The translations under genes and the position numbers were made by a program. A DNA stretch of 64,000 nt from Frankiaceae bacterium (GTDB lineage Bacteria > Actinomycetota > Actinomycetes > Mycobacteriales > SCTD01). Of this stretch, positions 38,541 to 47,671 are shown one piece after another. The DNA lies in assembly GCA_016650445.1 (NCBI GenBank), contig JAENVS010000012.1:1653-65652 (forward strand). Direction: 5' to 3'. Each line of letters starts with the position of its first letter. The stretch's first letter is position 1. The notes under the pieces are model-generated. The model was not told the DNA's origin, did no database searches, and worked only from the letters and a program-made list of their open reading frames with translations.

Positions 38541-40139
38541 TCACGCCGTCGCTCGGCGGAGGCGCCGGCCGGTGCGCGCGCCGGTGACCGCGCCATCACG
38601 GACGACGACCTCGCCGTTGACCACGACGTGACTGACTCCCACGGAAGGCTGGTGGGGTTCCTCGAACGTGGCCCGGTCCGCCACGGTCGCCGGGTCCAGC
38701 ACGACGACGTCGGCAAAGGCACCGTCGACCAGACGGCCTCGTCCCGCGAGCCGGAACACGTCAGCGGGTTGGCTGGTCAGCCTGCGGACGGCCTCGCCGA
38801 AGGGCATGAGCGCGCGGTCGCGCGCGTAGTGGCCGAGGAAGCGGGCAAAAGTCCCGTAGGTGCGCGGATGCGTCGGCGAGTCGGTCCACGGCGCTGCCGC
38901 GGGATGAGCCGCCGCGTCCGAGCCGAGGCTGACCCACGGCTGCCGCAGCCCCAGCTCGATACCCGCGGGGTCGATGATGAAGTACACGACACCGACGGTC
39001 GGATCGCGGTGCACGATCTCGAGAAGAGCATCCACTTCGTCCAGCCCGAGGTCCGCCGCGACCGCTGAGAGCCGCTTGCCTGCGGTCGGCGTACCGTCCG
39101 AAAGGTTCTTCAGGAACAGGACGCCCTGCCCGCCACCGGCGGCCAGAAGAAGGTTCTCGAAGGCGTCGGACTCGGACCGGATCTCGGTTGCCATTTGCGT
39201 GCGCAGCGCCGGGTCGGTGAGCCTCTCGGCGAAGGCCACCGGACCGCCCTCGTGGAAGTGCGGCGGGATGCAGGCGGCCAACGCCGTGCCCCCCGCCTCG
39301 TAGGGGTACATGTTGGCGCTGATCGGCTTGCCCTCTACGCGGGCTGCCTCGATCCGGTCGATGGCCTGCAGCATCTTGGGCCAGTTCTTGCGGCCCGCCG
39401 CCTTGAGGTGGAACACCTCCGCGCGCACACCCGACCGGTCGCTGATCTCGACCAGCTCGTCCAAGCACTCCAGGAAGCGGTCGCCCTCGCTGCGCAAGTG
39501 CGACGTGTACACGCCGTCGTAGTCGGCGACGACCTCGCAGAGCGAGACGAGCTCGTCGGTGTCGGCGAACCGCCCGGGCGGGTAGATGAGCGCGGTCCCG
39601 ATCCCGAGCGCCCCCTCCTGCATCTCCTCCGCCACCAGCGCCCGCAGGACCGCAAGCTCCGGTGCGGTCAGCCGGCGGTCGTCGAAGCCGGCACCGATGA
39701 CACGCAGGTTCATGCCGCCGATGGAGCTGGCCACGTTGAGCGCCACTCCTGACTTCTCGAGGAAGTCCAGGCCCTCGGACAGCCGCGAGAAGTCGACCCG
39801 GACGCCCGGGGCGTAGTACGCCTTGCACAGGTCCACGAACTCCGGCGTACTCGGCCCTGGCGTGAATGCCTCGCCGAAGACCTCGGTGGTGACGCCCTGC
39901 AGGAGGTCGGACTCCCCCGAGCCGTCGCGCTGCAGCGCCCCCCAGGCGTGGCTCAGGGTGTTGATGAAGCCAGGTACGACGGCCAGACCCGTCGCATCGA
40001 TCTCTCGCGCGTCGACGTCCGGGGGGATGGCACCGACGCCGACGACGCGATCCCCGTCGACGGCGACATCTGCGATCCGGCCGTCGCCGCCGCTTCCGTC
40101 GTAGACGAGACCGCCGCGGATGACGAGGGAGACAGGCAT
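38541..40139 (-). CDS. N-acyl-D-amino-acid deacylase family amidohydrolase (second copy)
   Basis: MPVSLVIRGGLVYDGSG..PGFINTLSH. ATG at 40139 within the 1042-aa composite ORF. Confidence 0.85.
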   Translation of the reverse strand: MPVSLVIRGGLVYDGSGGDGRIADVAVDGDRVVGVGAIPPDVDAREIDATGLAVVPGFINTLSHAWGALQRDGSGESDLLQGVTTEVFGEAFTPGPSTPEFVDLCKAYYAPGVRVDFSRLSEGLDFLEKSGVALNVASSIGGMNLRVIGAGFDDRRLTAPELAVLRALVAEEMQEGALGIGTALIYPPGRFADTDELVSLCEVVADYDGVYTSHLRSEGDRFLECLDELVEISDRSGVRAEVFHLKAAGRKNWPKMLQAIDRIEAARVEGKPISANMYPYEAGGTALAACIPPHFHEGGPVAFAERLTDPALRTQMATEIRSESDAFENLLLAAGGGQGVLFLKNLSDGTPTAGKRLSAVAADLGLDEVDALLEIVHRDPTVGVVYFIIDPAGIELGLRQPWVSLGSDAAAHPAAAPWTDSPTHPRTYGTFARFLGHYARDRALMPFGEAVRRLTSQPADVFRLAGRGRLVDGAFADVVVLDPATVADRATFEEPHQPSVGVSHVVVNGEVVVRDGAVTGARTGRRLRRATA

Positions 40140-40277
40140 CGACCCACCTTGGCCGACCGGACCTGCGCTCGCTTCGTCCGGATGTCTCAGCCGAGGGTCG
40201 CGGCTTCGTCGTCGGCCACGAGCGGCTTGGGGTGTGCGGTCCCTATGGTCGTAGGCCCCACGCCCGGAGGAGCAGCT

Positions 40278-41156
40278 GTGCCGATCGCCGACGTCGATCT
40301 CGAGCCCGTGTTCGCCGCTGCCGACGTCACGGGCTTCCTGCACGCCGTGGACCTCGAGACCGGACGCGAGATCGGCCGGCGACACGACGAGCCCGTGGTC
40401 ATGGCCTCGGTGTTCAAGGTCGCCGTGCTGCTGGAGCTGTTCCGGCAGGGCGAGCAGGGACGTCTCGACCTCACCGAGCCCGTCCTGGTCCCCGTCGAGG
40501 GGCGGTCCGCCGGCCCCTTCGGCATCTCGGTGATGCGCGACCCGCTGCTCATGTCGCTGCGCGACCTCGCCTGGCTGATGATGGGGATCAGCGACAACGC
40601 GGCGACCGACGTGATCTGCGACGCGGTCGGCATCGACGCCGTCAACGAGACGCTCACCCGCCTGGGCTGCAAGGAGACCGTCCTCATCGGCGCGTGCCGC
40701 GACATCTTCGCCACCATGTACGAGGACCTCGGCGGCGATGTCGACCTCGACGCGGTCGACCTCACTGATCCGGCGACGGTGGACAAGCTGCGCGCGATCG
40801 ACCCCCTGCAGACCTCTCGCTCGACGCCGCGCGACATCACCGCGCTGCTCGCGAAGATCTGGACCGACCAGGCCGACACCCCGACGGTGTGCGAAGCGGT
40901 ACGCCGGATCCTGGGCCTCCAGGTCTGGCCCCACCGCCTCGCCGCCGGCTTCCCGGCGGACGACGTGCGCACCTCGGGCAAGACGGGCACGCTCCCGCGC
41001 TGGCGCAACGAGGCGGGAGTCGTCGAGTACGCCGACGGCGGCCGGTACGCCGTGGCGGTTTTCACCCGCAGCGAGAGCACCAGCGCCAAGAACCCCGCCG
41101 CGGACGCGGCGATCGGTTCCGCCGCCCGTCTCGCCGTAGAGGCACTCCGCGGCTGA
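40278..41156 (+). CDS. Class A beta-lactamase-related serine hydrolase
   Basis: SVFK (SxxK), SDN and KTG motifs. GTG 40278 with GGAGG upstream; alternative ATG at 40245. Confidence 0.8.
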   Translation: MPIADVDLEPVFAAADVTGFLHAVDLETGREIGRRHDEPVVMASVFKVAVLLELFRQGEQGRLDLTEPVLVPVEGRSAGPFGISVMRDPLLMSLRDLAWLMMGISDNAATDVICDAVGIDAVNETLTRLGCKETVLIGACRDIFATMYEDLGGDVDLDAVDLTDPATVDKLRAIDPLQTSRSTPRDITALLAKIWTDQADTPTVCEAVRRILGLQVWPHRLAAGFPADDVRTSGKTGTLPRWRNEAGVVEYADGGRYAVAVFTRSESTSAKNPAADAAIGSAARLAVEALRG

Positions 41157-41187
41157 GCGAACTCCCGTCCCGCCTACCCTTCGCAGC

Positions 41188-42774
41188 ATGACGTCGGGGG
41201 ATGCAACGGCCGAGCCGGCCGCCCCGACGCTGAGCGAGCTGCTGTCCGGGCTCCGTCCCGGCACCATCACCGTGTTCGCCGGCGACACCGATGTACCGGT
41301 GGCGGAGCCGGTCATCTGCGATCCGACCGACATCTCGGTGGCCCGGGCCGGTGACATCGTCCTCGCGGTGGGCGCGACGTTGGCGTCGCGCGAGATGGCC
41401 GGGCTGATCCGTCGAGCTGCGGGCACGGGTGTTTGCGCCGTGGTCGTCGCAACGGAGGAGCCCCCGACGCAGGAGCTCATCGACGTCGCGACCGAAGCCG
41501 GCGTCGCCCTCATGACAGTCCCTGCGGACGTGGCGTGGGGTCGTCTGTACGCCCTGCTGCGCACCGCCACCAGCGGACGGCTGTCACCCGATGCCGGCTC
41601 CGGCGTGCCGGCCGGCGACCTGTTCCGGCTCGCCGACGCGATTGCCGCGATGGTCGGCGGGCCGGTCACGATCGAGGACCCGCGGTCGGTCGTGCTCGCC
41701 TACTCGACCGGCGACGAGTACATCGACGAACCGCGACGGCAGGCGATCCTCGGTCGCCGGGTCGCGGACCACTGGCAGCAGCGCTACCGAGAGTCGGGCA
41801 TCTTCCGGCACCTCGCGACGAGCGACGACCCGATCATGCTGCCGGGCACCGACGAGCTACGGCCCCGGCTCGTCGTCGGGGTGCGGGCAGCGGGCGAGAT
41901 GCTCGGGAGCATCTGGGTCTCCGAGGCCGACCGTCCGTTCGACACCGCGGCCCACACCGCGCTCGCCTCAGCCGCTCGACTGACCGCGCTGCACCTGCTG
42001 CGGCACCGCGAGACCGAGGACCTCGACCGCAGGCGTCGCGCGGATGCGCTCACCGAGCTGCTGGACCGCGGGCAGGTGGACGCCGGCGTCCTGTCGCTCG
42101 AGCCAGGCCAGGGCCTCACCGTCGTAGCGGTCGAGCCGCAGGGCGTCGAAGGACCCGATGCGGTTGCGGTCCTGCAGCGCCTCGGCGACCTGGTTGCCGT
42201 GACCTGCGAGGCCGCCATCCCCGGCTCAGCGTCGGTCGCGACCAGGAGCCTGGTCTACGCGCTGCTCCCCGACGGCGCCGGGGTGCGCGCACAGGCGGTC
42301 GTGCCGCAGCTGCTCGAGCGCATCAAGGGGTCACTGCACCGTCCCGTCCTGATCGGCGTCGGCGGCCGCGTCACGTCGATCTCGGACGTCCCACGATCAC
42401 GAACCGAGGCCGACCTGGTGCTACGGGCGCTGGCGGAAGACGAGCAGGACCGCCGCTGGGCGCACATCGAGGAGCTCCGCGCGCAGACGGTCCTGCTGCG
42501 GCTGAAGGACCTCGCCGCGGTGGACCCGCACCTCGTCGACGGACCGTTGCTGACGCTCGTCGAGCACGACACGTCCAAGGACTCGTCGTACATCGACACG
42601 TTGCGGGCCTACCTCGCATCGTTCGGTGACGTGACGGTCGCGGCGGCGAGCCTGAACGTGCACCCCAACACGTTCCGGTACCGGCTGCGTCGTCTCGTCG
42701 AGATCTCCGGCATCGACCTCGACGACCCGCAGCAGCGGCTGGTGGCCGAGCTCCAGCTGTACTTCCTCAGCTGA
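41188..42774 (+). CDS. PucR/CdaR-family transcriptional regulator
   Basis: C-terminal PucR HTH (NVHPNTFRYRLRRLVEISG) and a GAF-like middle region. Confidence 0.85.
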   Translation: MTSGDATAEPAAPTLSELLSGLRPGTITVFAGDTDVPVAEPVICDPTDISVARAGDIVLAVGATLASREMAGLIRRAAGTGVCAVVVATEEPPTQELIDVATEAGVALMTVPADVAWGRLYALLRTATSGRLSPDAGSGVPAGDLFRLADAIAAMVGGPVTIEDPRSVVLAYSTGDEYIDEPRRQAILGRRVADHWQQRYRESGIFRHLATSDDPIMLPGTDELRPRLVVGVRAAGEMLGSIWVSEADRPFDTAAHTALASAARLTALHLLRHRETEDLDRRRRADALTELLDRGQVDAGVLSLEPGQGLTVVAVEPQGVEGPDAVAVLQRLGDLVAVTCEAAIPGSASVATRSLVYALLPDGAGVRAQAVVPQLLERIKGSLHRPVLIGVGGRVTSISDVPRSRTEADLVLRALAEDEQDRRWAHIEELRAQTVLLRLKDLAAVDPHLVDGPLLTLVEHDTSKDSSYIDTLRAYLASFGDVTVAAASLNVHPNTFRYRLRRLVEISGIDLDDPQQRLVAELQLYFLS

Positions 42775-43825
42775 CGGGTTCTGCCAGCAGCTCGCTCACC
42801 AGCGCGGCGACGAGCGCTGCGCGTTCGGCCATGGCGCCGACGACGACGTACTCCCCCTCGGCGTGCGCTCCGTCTCCCACCGCACCGAGCCCGTCGAGGG
42901 TCGGTACTCCGACACCCGCGGTGAAGTTGCCGTCGGAGCCACCGCCGACGAGGACGTCCTGCAACGCCGGCAGTCCCAGGTCCTTCGCCAGCCGCCGGGC
43001 CCGGTCGAGGAGCTCGGCCGAGGCTGTCGGCTGAAGCGGCGGCCGGTTGGGGCCGCCGAGGAGCTCGAGCCTCGCGCCGGGCAGGACCGCCCGCAGGCCG
43101 CGGAGCATCTGGTCGACGCGCTGCTGCTCTGCCTGCGTGACCGCCCGCACGTCGATCGCCGCGGATGCGCGCGCCGGCACGGTGTTCGTCGTCGTGCCGG
43201 CGGTCAGCAGAGTCGGTGTCACGGTCGTCCCGACAGTCGGATCCGCCACGGCCTCGAGAGCGATCAGCTGGTGCGCCAGCTCGATGCCGGCGTTGACGCC
43301 CTTCTCGGGATCCAGTCCCGCGTGCGAGGCCCGTCCGGTAACCACGAGCTCGTACATCGAGACGCCCTTGCGGGCCGACTTCAGCGCACCGGCGGCGCTC
43401 GGCTCGAGCACCAGCGCCGCGGACGCACCTCGCGCCGTCTCCTCGATGAGTGTCCGGGAGGTCGGCGAGCCGATCTCCTCGTCGGTGGTGATGAGGACGC
43501 GCACTCCGGCAAGATCCGGCAGCAGCGACAGCGCGTGCAGCCCCTGTACGAGACCGGCCTTCATGTCGAAGGCGCCCGGCCCGGTGGCGTGCTCGTCGAC
43601 GACGTCGAACGGCCAGCGTGCCAACGTGCCCATCGGCCAGACCGTGTCGACGTGCATGACGAGCACGACCCGGGTCGGCCCGCCGCCCGACCAACGAAGG
43701 TGCACGCGGCCGGCATCCTCGAGCCGCTCCGCGCGACTGCCCAGCAGCGACGTCAGCAGGTCGTCGGCGGCGGCGGCCCCGGCAGACGTCGCTGCGAGGT
43801 CGGTCGACGGCGACTCCACCGACAC
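42767..43825 (-). CDS. M20-family metallopeptidase (carboxypeptidase G2-like)
   Basis: HVDTV, AFDMKAG, TTDEEIGS, GGGSDGN motifs. GTG 43825; may extend to CTG 43891. Confidence 0.8.
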   Translation of the reverse strand: MSVESPSTDLAATSAGAAAADDLLTSLLGSRAERLEDAGRVHLRWSGGGPTRVVLVMHVDTVWPMGTLARWPFDVVDEHATGPGAFDMKAGLVQGLHALSLLPDLAGVRVLITTDEEIGSPTSRTLIEETARGASAALVLEPSAAGALKSARKGVSMYELVVTGRASHAGLDPEKGVNAGIELAHQLIALEAVADPTVGTTVTPTLLTAGTTTNTVPARASAAIDVRAVTQAEQQRVDQMLRGLRAVLPGARLELLGGPNRPPLQPTASAELLDRARRLAKDLGLPALQDVLVGGGSDGNFTAGVGVPTLDGLGAVGDGAHAEGEYVVVGAMAERAALVAALVSELLAEPVS

Positions 43826-43887
43826 GAGGGCGTCGAGGTGCTCGAGCAGCTGCGGAGTCCTCGCGCGCAGCTCGGCCAGGAGTGCGG

Positions 43888-44205
43888 TCAGGACCTGGCC
43901 GCCTTCCGGCTCGCGGCCGACAGCAGGCGCAGTGCGTCCCGCTGCAGCTCAGCGAGGGCGGCCCGCTCCGCCGCGGCCTCGGTGCGCTCCAGGTGGGTCA
44001 TCAACAGACCCAGCGCGAAGCCGAGCAGCGCGATGCCTGCGAACGCACCGCTGACGAGCCACGGAAGCTGCAGCGCGACGTACAGCGTTGCCGCGACACC
44101 GCGCCAGCCAAGTGCGACGAGGACCAGACCGCCGACGCCGAGCGTGGCGAGCACCAGCGTCGTCGAGACGCGAGGGTCGCGCAGCACCCGCCAGATCTCG
44201 TCCAC
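43888..44205 (-). CDS. Small two-TM membrane protein with coiled-coil tail (paralog B)
   Basis: VALQLPWLVSGAFAG motif shared with the upstream paralog. GTG start shares 1 nt with the upstream stop. Confidence 0.5.
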   Translation of the reverse strand: MDEIWRVLRDPRVSTTLVLATLGVGGLVLVALGWRGVAATLYVALQLPWLVSGAFAGIALLGFALGLLMTHLERTEAAAERAALAELQRDALRLLSAASRKAARS

Positions 44206-44693
44206 TACTGCGGCTCGCGGTCCATCGCGGACCGCAGCTCGTGGAGCGCGTCGGCGAGCAGCTCGGTCTGCTGCTGGCGAAGGAGCCCGTCTCGCCGCTT
44301 GGCCGCGACGTTGACCACGGTGACGCCGACCATGACCAGCCCGAGACCGGTCAGCCCGCCCGAGACGAGGTAGGGCAGCTGCAGCGCCACGTTGTCGGCG
44401 ATGCCGGCGACCTTGCTCCAGGCGTAGGCGATGAGGACGAACCCGGCGGCGGCGATCGCGATACCCGCGTACGTCGGGATCGGGGACAGCGCCGGCAACG
44501 TCGGCCCGCGCCGGCGTGGAGCCTCCAAGCCCTGGACCTCGTCGTACGGCGCCGCATAGGGGTCGTCGGCGGGGCGGATCTCGACGGGGTCGGACAGCGA
44601 CGCGGACATCGGTTCCTCCGGCTCGGGCTCTGCTGCTGGGTCTGGTGCTCGGTCTGGTGGTCGCCGCGTCGTCCGGCGCGGAGGCGGGCTCAT
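44205..44693 (-). CDS. Small two-TM membrane protein with coiled-coil tail (paralog A)
   Basis: VALQLPYLVSGGLTG motif. ATG 44693 overlaps the ABC fusion stop (ATGA); alternative ATG at 44609. Confidence 0.5.
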   Translation of the reverse strand: MSPPPRRTTRRPPDRAPDPAAEPEPEEPMSASLSDPVEIRPADDPYAAPYDEVQGLEAPRRRGPTLPALSPIPTYAGIAIAAAGFVLIAYAWSKVAGIADNVALQLPYLVSGGLTGLGLVMVGVTVVNVAAKRRDGLLRQQQTELLADALHELRSAMDREPQ

Positions 44694-47671
44694 CGGAGAG
44701 TCTCCATGACGCGACCCCGCGGCTCAGGCGGCGTCAGGTCGTCCTGCTGGACGCGGGCGGCGACGCCGGAACGCTCGATCGCGGCCAGGCTGCCGCCGAG
44801 GTAGGCCTCGATGACACCGGGGTCGTTGCGCACCACATCAGGTCGGCCGCTCGCGATGACCTCGCCGTCCGCCATCGCCACGATGCGGTCCGCGAGTCCC
44901 ATGATGAGCGGGATGTCGTGCTCGATGACGAGCAGTGTCAGCTGCAGCTGCGACTTGATCGTGTCGAGCAGCTGGCCGAGCGCCTCGGTCTCCCGTTGCG
45001 CGATGCCGGAGGACGGCTCGTCGAGGAGCAGCAGCGTGGGCTGCAGGCCGACCAGGCAGGCGATCTCGACGATCCGGCGCGTGCCCGTCGAGAGCTCCTG
45101 CACCTGCGAGGCGCGGTAGCGGTCCAGGCCCATGAACCCGATCAGCTCTCGCGTGATCCGAGCCTTCTCCTTCTCACCGCCGCTGAAGCCGAGTACGGAG
45201 CCGAAGAAGCGGGTGGGGTGCGTGCGCTCCAGCGACAACCGCACGGTCTCCTGCACGGTGAGCGTCGGGAACAGCGCGGCGTCCTGGAAGGACCTGATCA
45301 GCCCGAGCCGGCCACGGGCTTCGGGGCCGTACGACGTGATGTCCTGGCCCTCGAACACGACCCGGCCGCCATCGGGCTTGGTGAAGCCGCCGATCAGCTC
45401 GAAGGTCGTCGTCTTGCCCGCGCCGTTCGGCCCGATCAGCCCGACGGTCTCGCCGGCGCGGACCGACATCGTGACGCCGCGCACGGCGCGCACACCGCCG
45501 AAGCTCTTGCGCAACGCCGTCACCTCGAGCAGCGGCGACCCCGGCGGGCGCAGTCTCTCGGCGACCTGGATCGGCGCCGCGCGTTGTCGCACCTGGGCGC
45601 TCGTCGCCGCTGGCGCCGACCCCACCGCGGTCGGCGTCTCGTTGTACGCCGCCGCGACGTCGATGCCGGCTCTTCGCCCCAAAGCCTTGACGATCCGGTC
45701 GCGCACCGGCTCGGCCAGACCGCCGAGTCCCGCCGGCAGGTACAGGATGATGATCAGCTGTCCGAAGGCGCTGGCGGCCAGGCCGGCGGAGTCGAGTGGC
45801 ACGAACTTCGGGACACCGATGACGAAGATCGCCCCGATGATCGGTCCCGACAGCAGTGAGATACCTCCGATGACGGTCATCGCCACCGCCGCGATGCTCG
45901 CGCTGGTCGGGAACGACGACGCACCGATGCGCGAGAGCGCGTGGCCGTAGAGCGCGCCGCCGATGCCGGCGACGAAGCCGGCGAGCAGGAACCCCTGCAT
46001 CTTCACCCGAGCGGCCGGGACGGTGAACGAGCGGGCGGCGTCCTCGTTGTCACGGATCGCGGTGAGCAGCCGGCCGAAGCCACCGCGCCGGACGTTGCGG
46101 GCCAGCAGCGTGACGATGACCAGCACCGGCAGCGAGAACAGGTAGTACGACTTCCCGGTCTCGAGGGCATGTTCGCAGGCGGAGTCCAGACATGGTCGTC
46201 CGGGATCGACGCCGTCGCCGAGGATGAAGTCCTGTTGCAGGAAGAACGCGGGCATCACGAGCGCGAACGACAGTGTGGTGACGGTGAGGAACAACCCGCG
46301 GATGCGCAGCGCCGGCAGGCCGATGGCGAGCGACACCACCGCGCCGGCCAACCCGGCGTACAGGAAGGACAGCCCGAAGTTGCCCGTGCGACTCGACACC
46401 TCGAACGACGCCCACGCACCGACGGCACCGATCGCGAACTGCCCGAGAGACAGCTGTCCCCCGAGGCCGGTGACGATGCCGACGGACAGCCCGATGATGG
46501 CAAAGCCCATGATCGAGACGAACGTGATGGACGTGCTGTTGGTGACGAAGACGGGAAGTACGGCGGCCACCAGCAGCGCCGCCACCGCGACCAGCGAGCC
46601 CAGGTTGCGCACGAGCCACAGCCGTTGCAGTGCCTCGGGGATCGGCCGCAGCGCCTGCACGGCCGCCCAGCTGCCCTTCTCCTCGTCACGTCCGCCACGT
46701 TGCCGCTGGATCAGCAGCGTCAGCAGGATGATGGCGAACAGCGCGACCTCGACGAGCCCGGACTGCGGCTTGTTCCAGAGCAGCAGCTGCTCGATGATCC
46801 CGAGCGCGACGCCGCCGGCAAGGGCGAGGGGCAGGTTGTTCATCCGCGCGAGCACCGCACCGGCGAGCGCTCGCAGGAGCAGCCCCGGACCGAACGTCTC
46901 GCCGGAGGTGAACCCGCGGGTCGGCTGGGTCAGGATGGCGGTGAACGCCGACAGGGCACCGGCCAGCGCCCACGCGAGTGAGGACATCCGCGCGGCGGGG
47001 ATGCCGGCCATCCGCGCAGCCTCGGGGTTGGCCGCCGCGCTGCGGATGGCGAGTCCGAACCGGCTGTACTTGAGGAAGACCGCGACCGCGAGGACGGCGA
47101 CCGGCGCGAAGAACAGCATGCCGGCGTAAGCCTGGGTGATGCGCAGGGCACCCAGATCCCACTCCGGTAGTCCGGGGGGCATCGGGAACAGCGCCCCGGC
47201 ACCCGCCTGGCTGTTGACGAGCAGGCCGAAGAGCACCAGGAACTGGCCGACGCCGAGGGTGGCGACGACGCTCATCAGCCGTGGTGCGTTGCGCAGGCGG
47301 CGTACGACGCCGACCTCGGCAAGCGCACCGGCGCCGGCACCGATGAGCAGCGCCATGGGCAGGAAGACGTAGTAGTTGATGTGCCACTTCGTGGTGACGA
47401 GCCCGAAGCAGGCGGCCGCGAATGCCCCGGTCTCCCCGTGCGCGAAGTTGATGATCTTGTTGCTGCGGTAGACCAGCACGAGACCCACGGCCAGCAGGCC
47501 GTACGTCAGCCCGATGATGGTGCCCAGCGCGATGACCGGGAGCGGCGTCTCGAACGCGGTGAACCGTCCGAGGGCGCCCACGGCGACGAAGGCCAGCGCC
47601 GTCGCGCCGATCCGGATCAGCGCGCCTCGGGGGATTCGGACCCGCGATGCGCTCGTGGCGGTGTCGGTCAC
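44690..47671 (-). CDS. Fused branched-chain-amino-acid-type ABC transporter: LivH-like + LivM-like permeases + LivG-like ATPase
   Basis: About 993 aa. Two permease blocks, then Walker A GPNGAGKTT, signature-like LSTGTRR, Walker B LLLLDEPSSG. GTG 47671 overlaps the upstream stop (GTGA). Confidence 0.85.
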   Translation of the reverse strand: MTDTATSASRVRIPRGALIRIGATALAFVAVGALGRFTAFETPLPVIALGTIIGLTYGLLAVGLVLVYRSNKIINFAHGETGAFAAACFGLVTTKWHINYYVFLPMALLIGAGAGALAEVGVVRRLRNAPRLMSVVATLGVGQFLVLFGLLVNSQAGAGALFPMPPGLPEWDLGALRITQAYAGMLFFAPVAVLAVAVFLKYSRFGLAIRSAAANPEAARMAGIPAARMSSLAWALAGALSAFTAILTQPTRGFTSGETFGPGLLLRALAGAVLARMNNLPLALAGGVALGIIEQLLLWNKPQSGLVEVALFAIILLTLLIQRQRGGRDEEKGSWAAVQALRPIPEALQRLWLVRNLGSLVAVAALLVAAVLPVFVTNSTSITFVSIMGFAIIGLSVGIVTGLGGQLSLGQFAIGAVGAWASFEVSSRTGNFGLSFLYAGLAGAVVSLAIGLPALRIRGLFLTVTTLSFALVMPAFFLQQDFILGDGVDPGRPCLDSACEHALETGKSYYLFSLPVLVIVTLLARNVRRGGFGRLLTAIRDNEDAARSFTVPAARVKMQGFLLAGFVAGIGGALYGHALSRIGASSFPTSASIAAVAMTVIGGISLLSGPIIGAIFVIGVPKFVPLDSAGLAASAFGQLIIILYLPAGLGGLAEPVRDRIVKALGRRAGIDVAAAYNETPTAVGSAPAATSAQVRQRAAPIQVAERLRPPGSPLLEVTALRKSFGGVRAVRGVTMSVRAGETVGLIGPNGAGKTTTFELIGGFTKPDGGRVVFEGQDITSYGPEARGRLGLIRSFQDAALFPTLTVQETVRLSLERTHPTRFFGSVLGFSGGEKEKARITRELIGFMGLDRYRASQVQELSTGTRRIVEIACLVGLQPTLLLLDEPSSGIAQRETEALGQLLDTIKSQLQLTLLVIEHDIPLIMGLADRIVAMADGEVIASGRPDVVRNDPGVIEAYLGGSLAAIERSGVAARVQQDDLTPPEPRGRVMETLR

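Noticed and set aside
38541-41669. 1042-aa ORF on the minus strand
   Set aside because: It is a composite. Only 38541-40139 (from MPVSLVIRGG) has amidohydrolase motifs. The upstream 510 codons are Arg/Ala/Gly-rich antisense read-through of the well-supported plus-strand serine hydrolase and PucR genes, which is typical of high-GC DNA.
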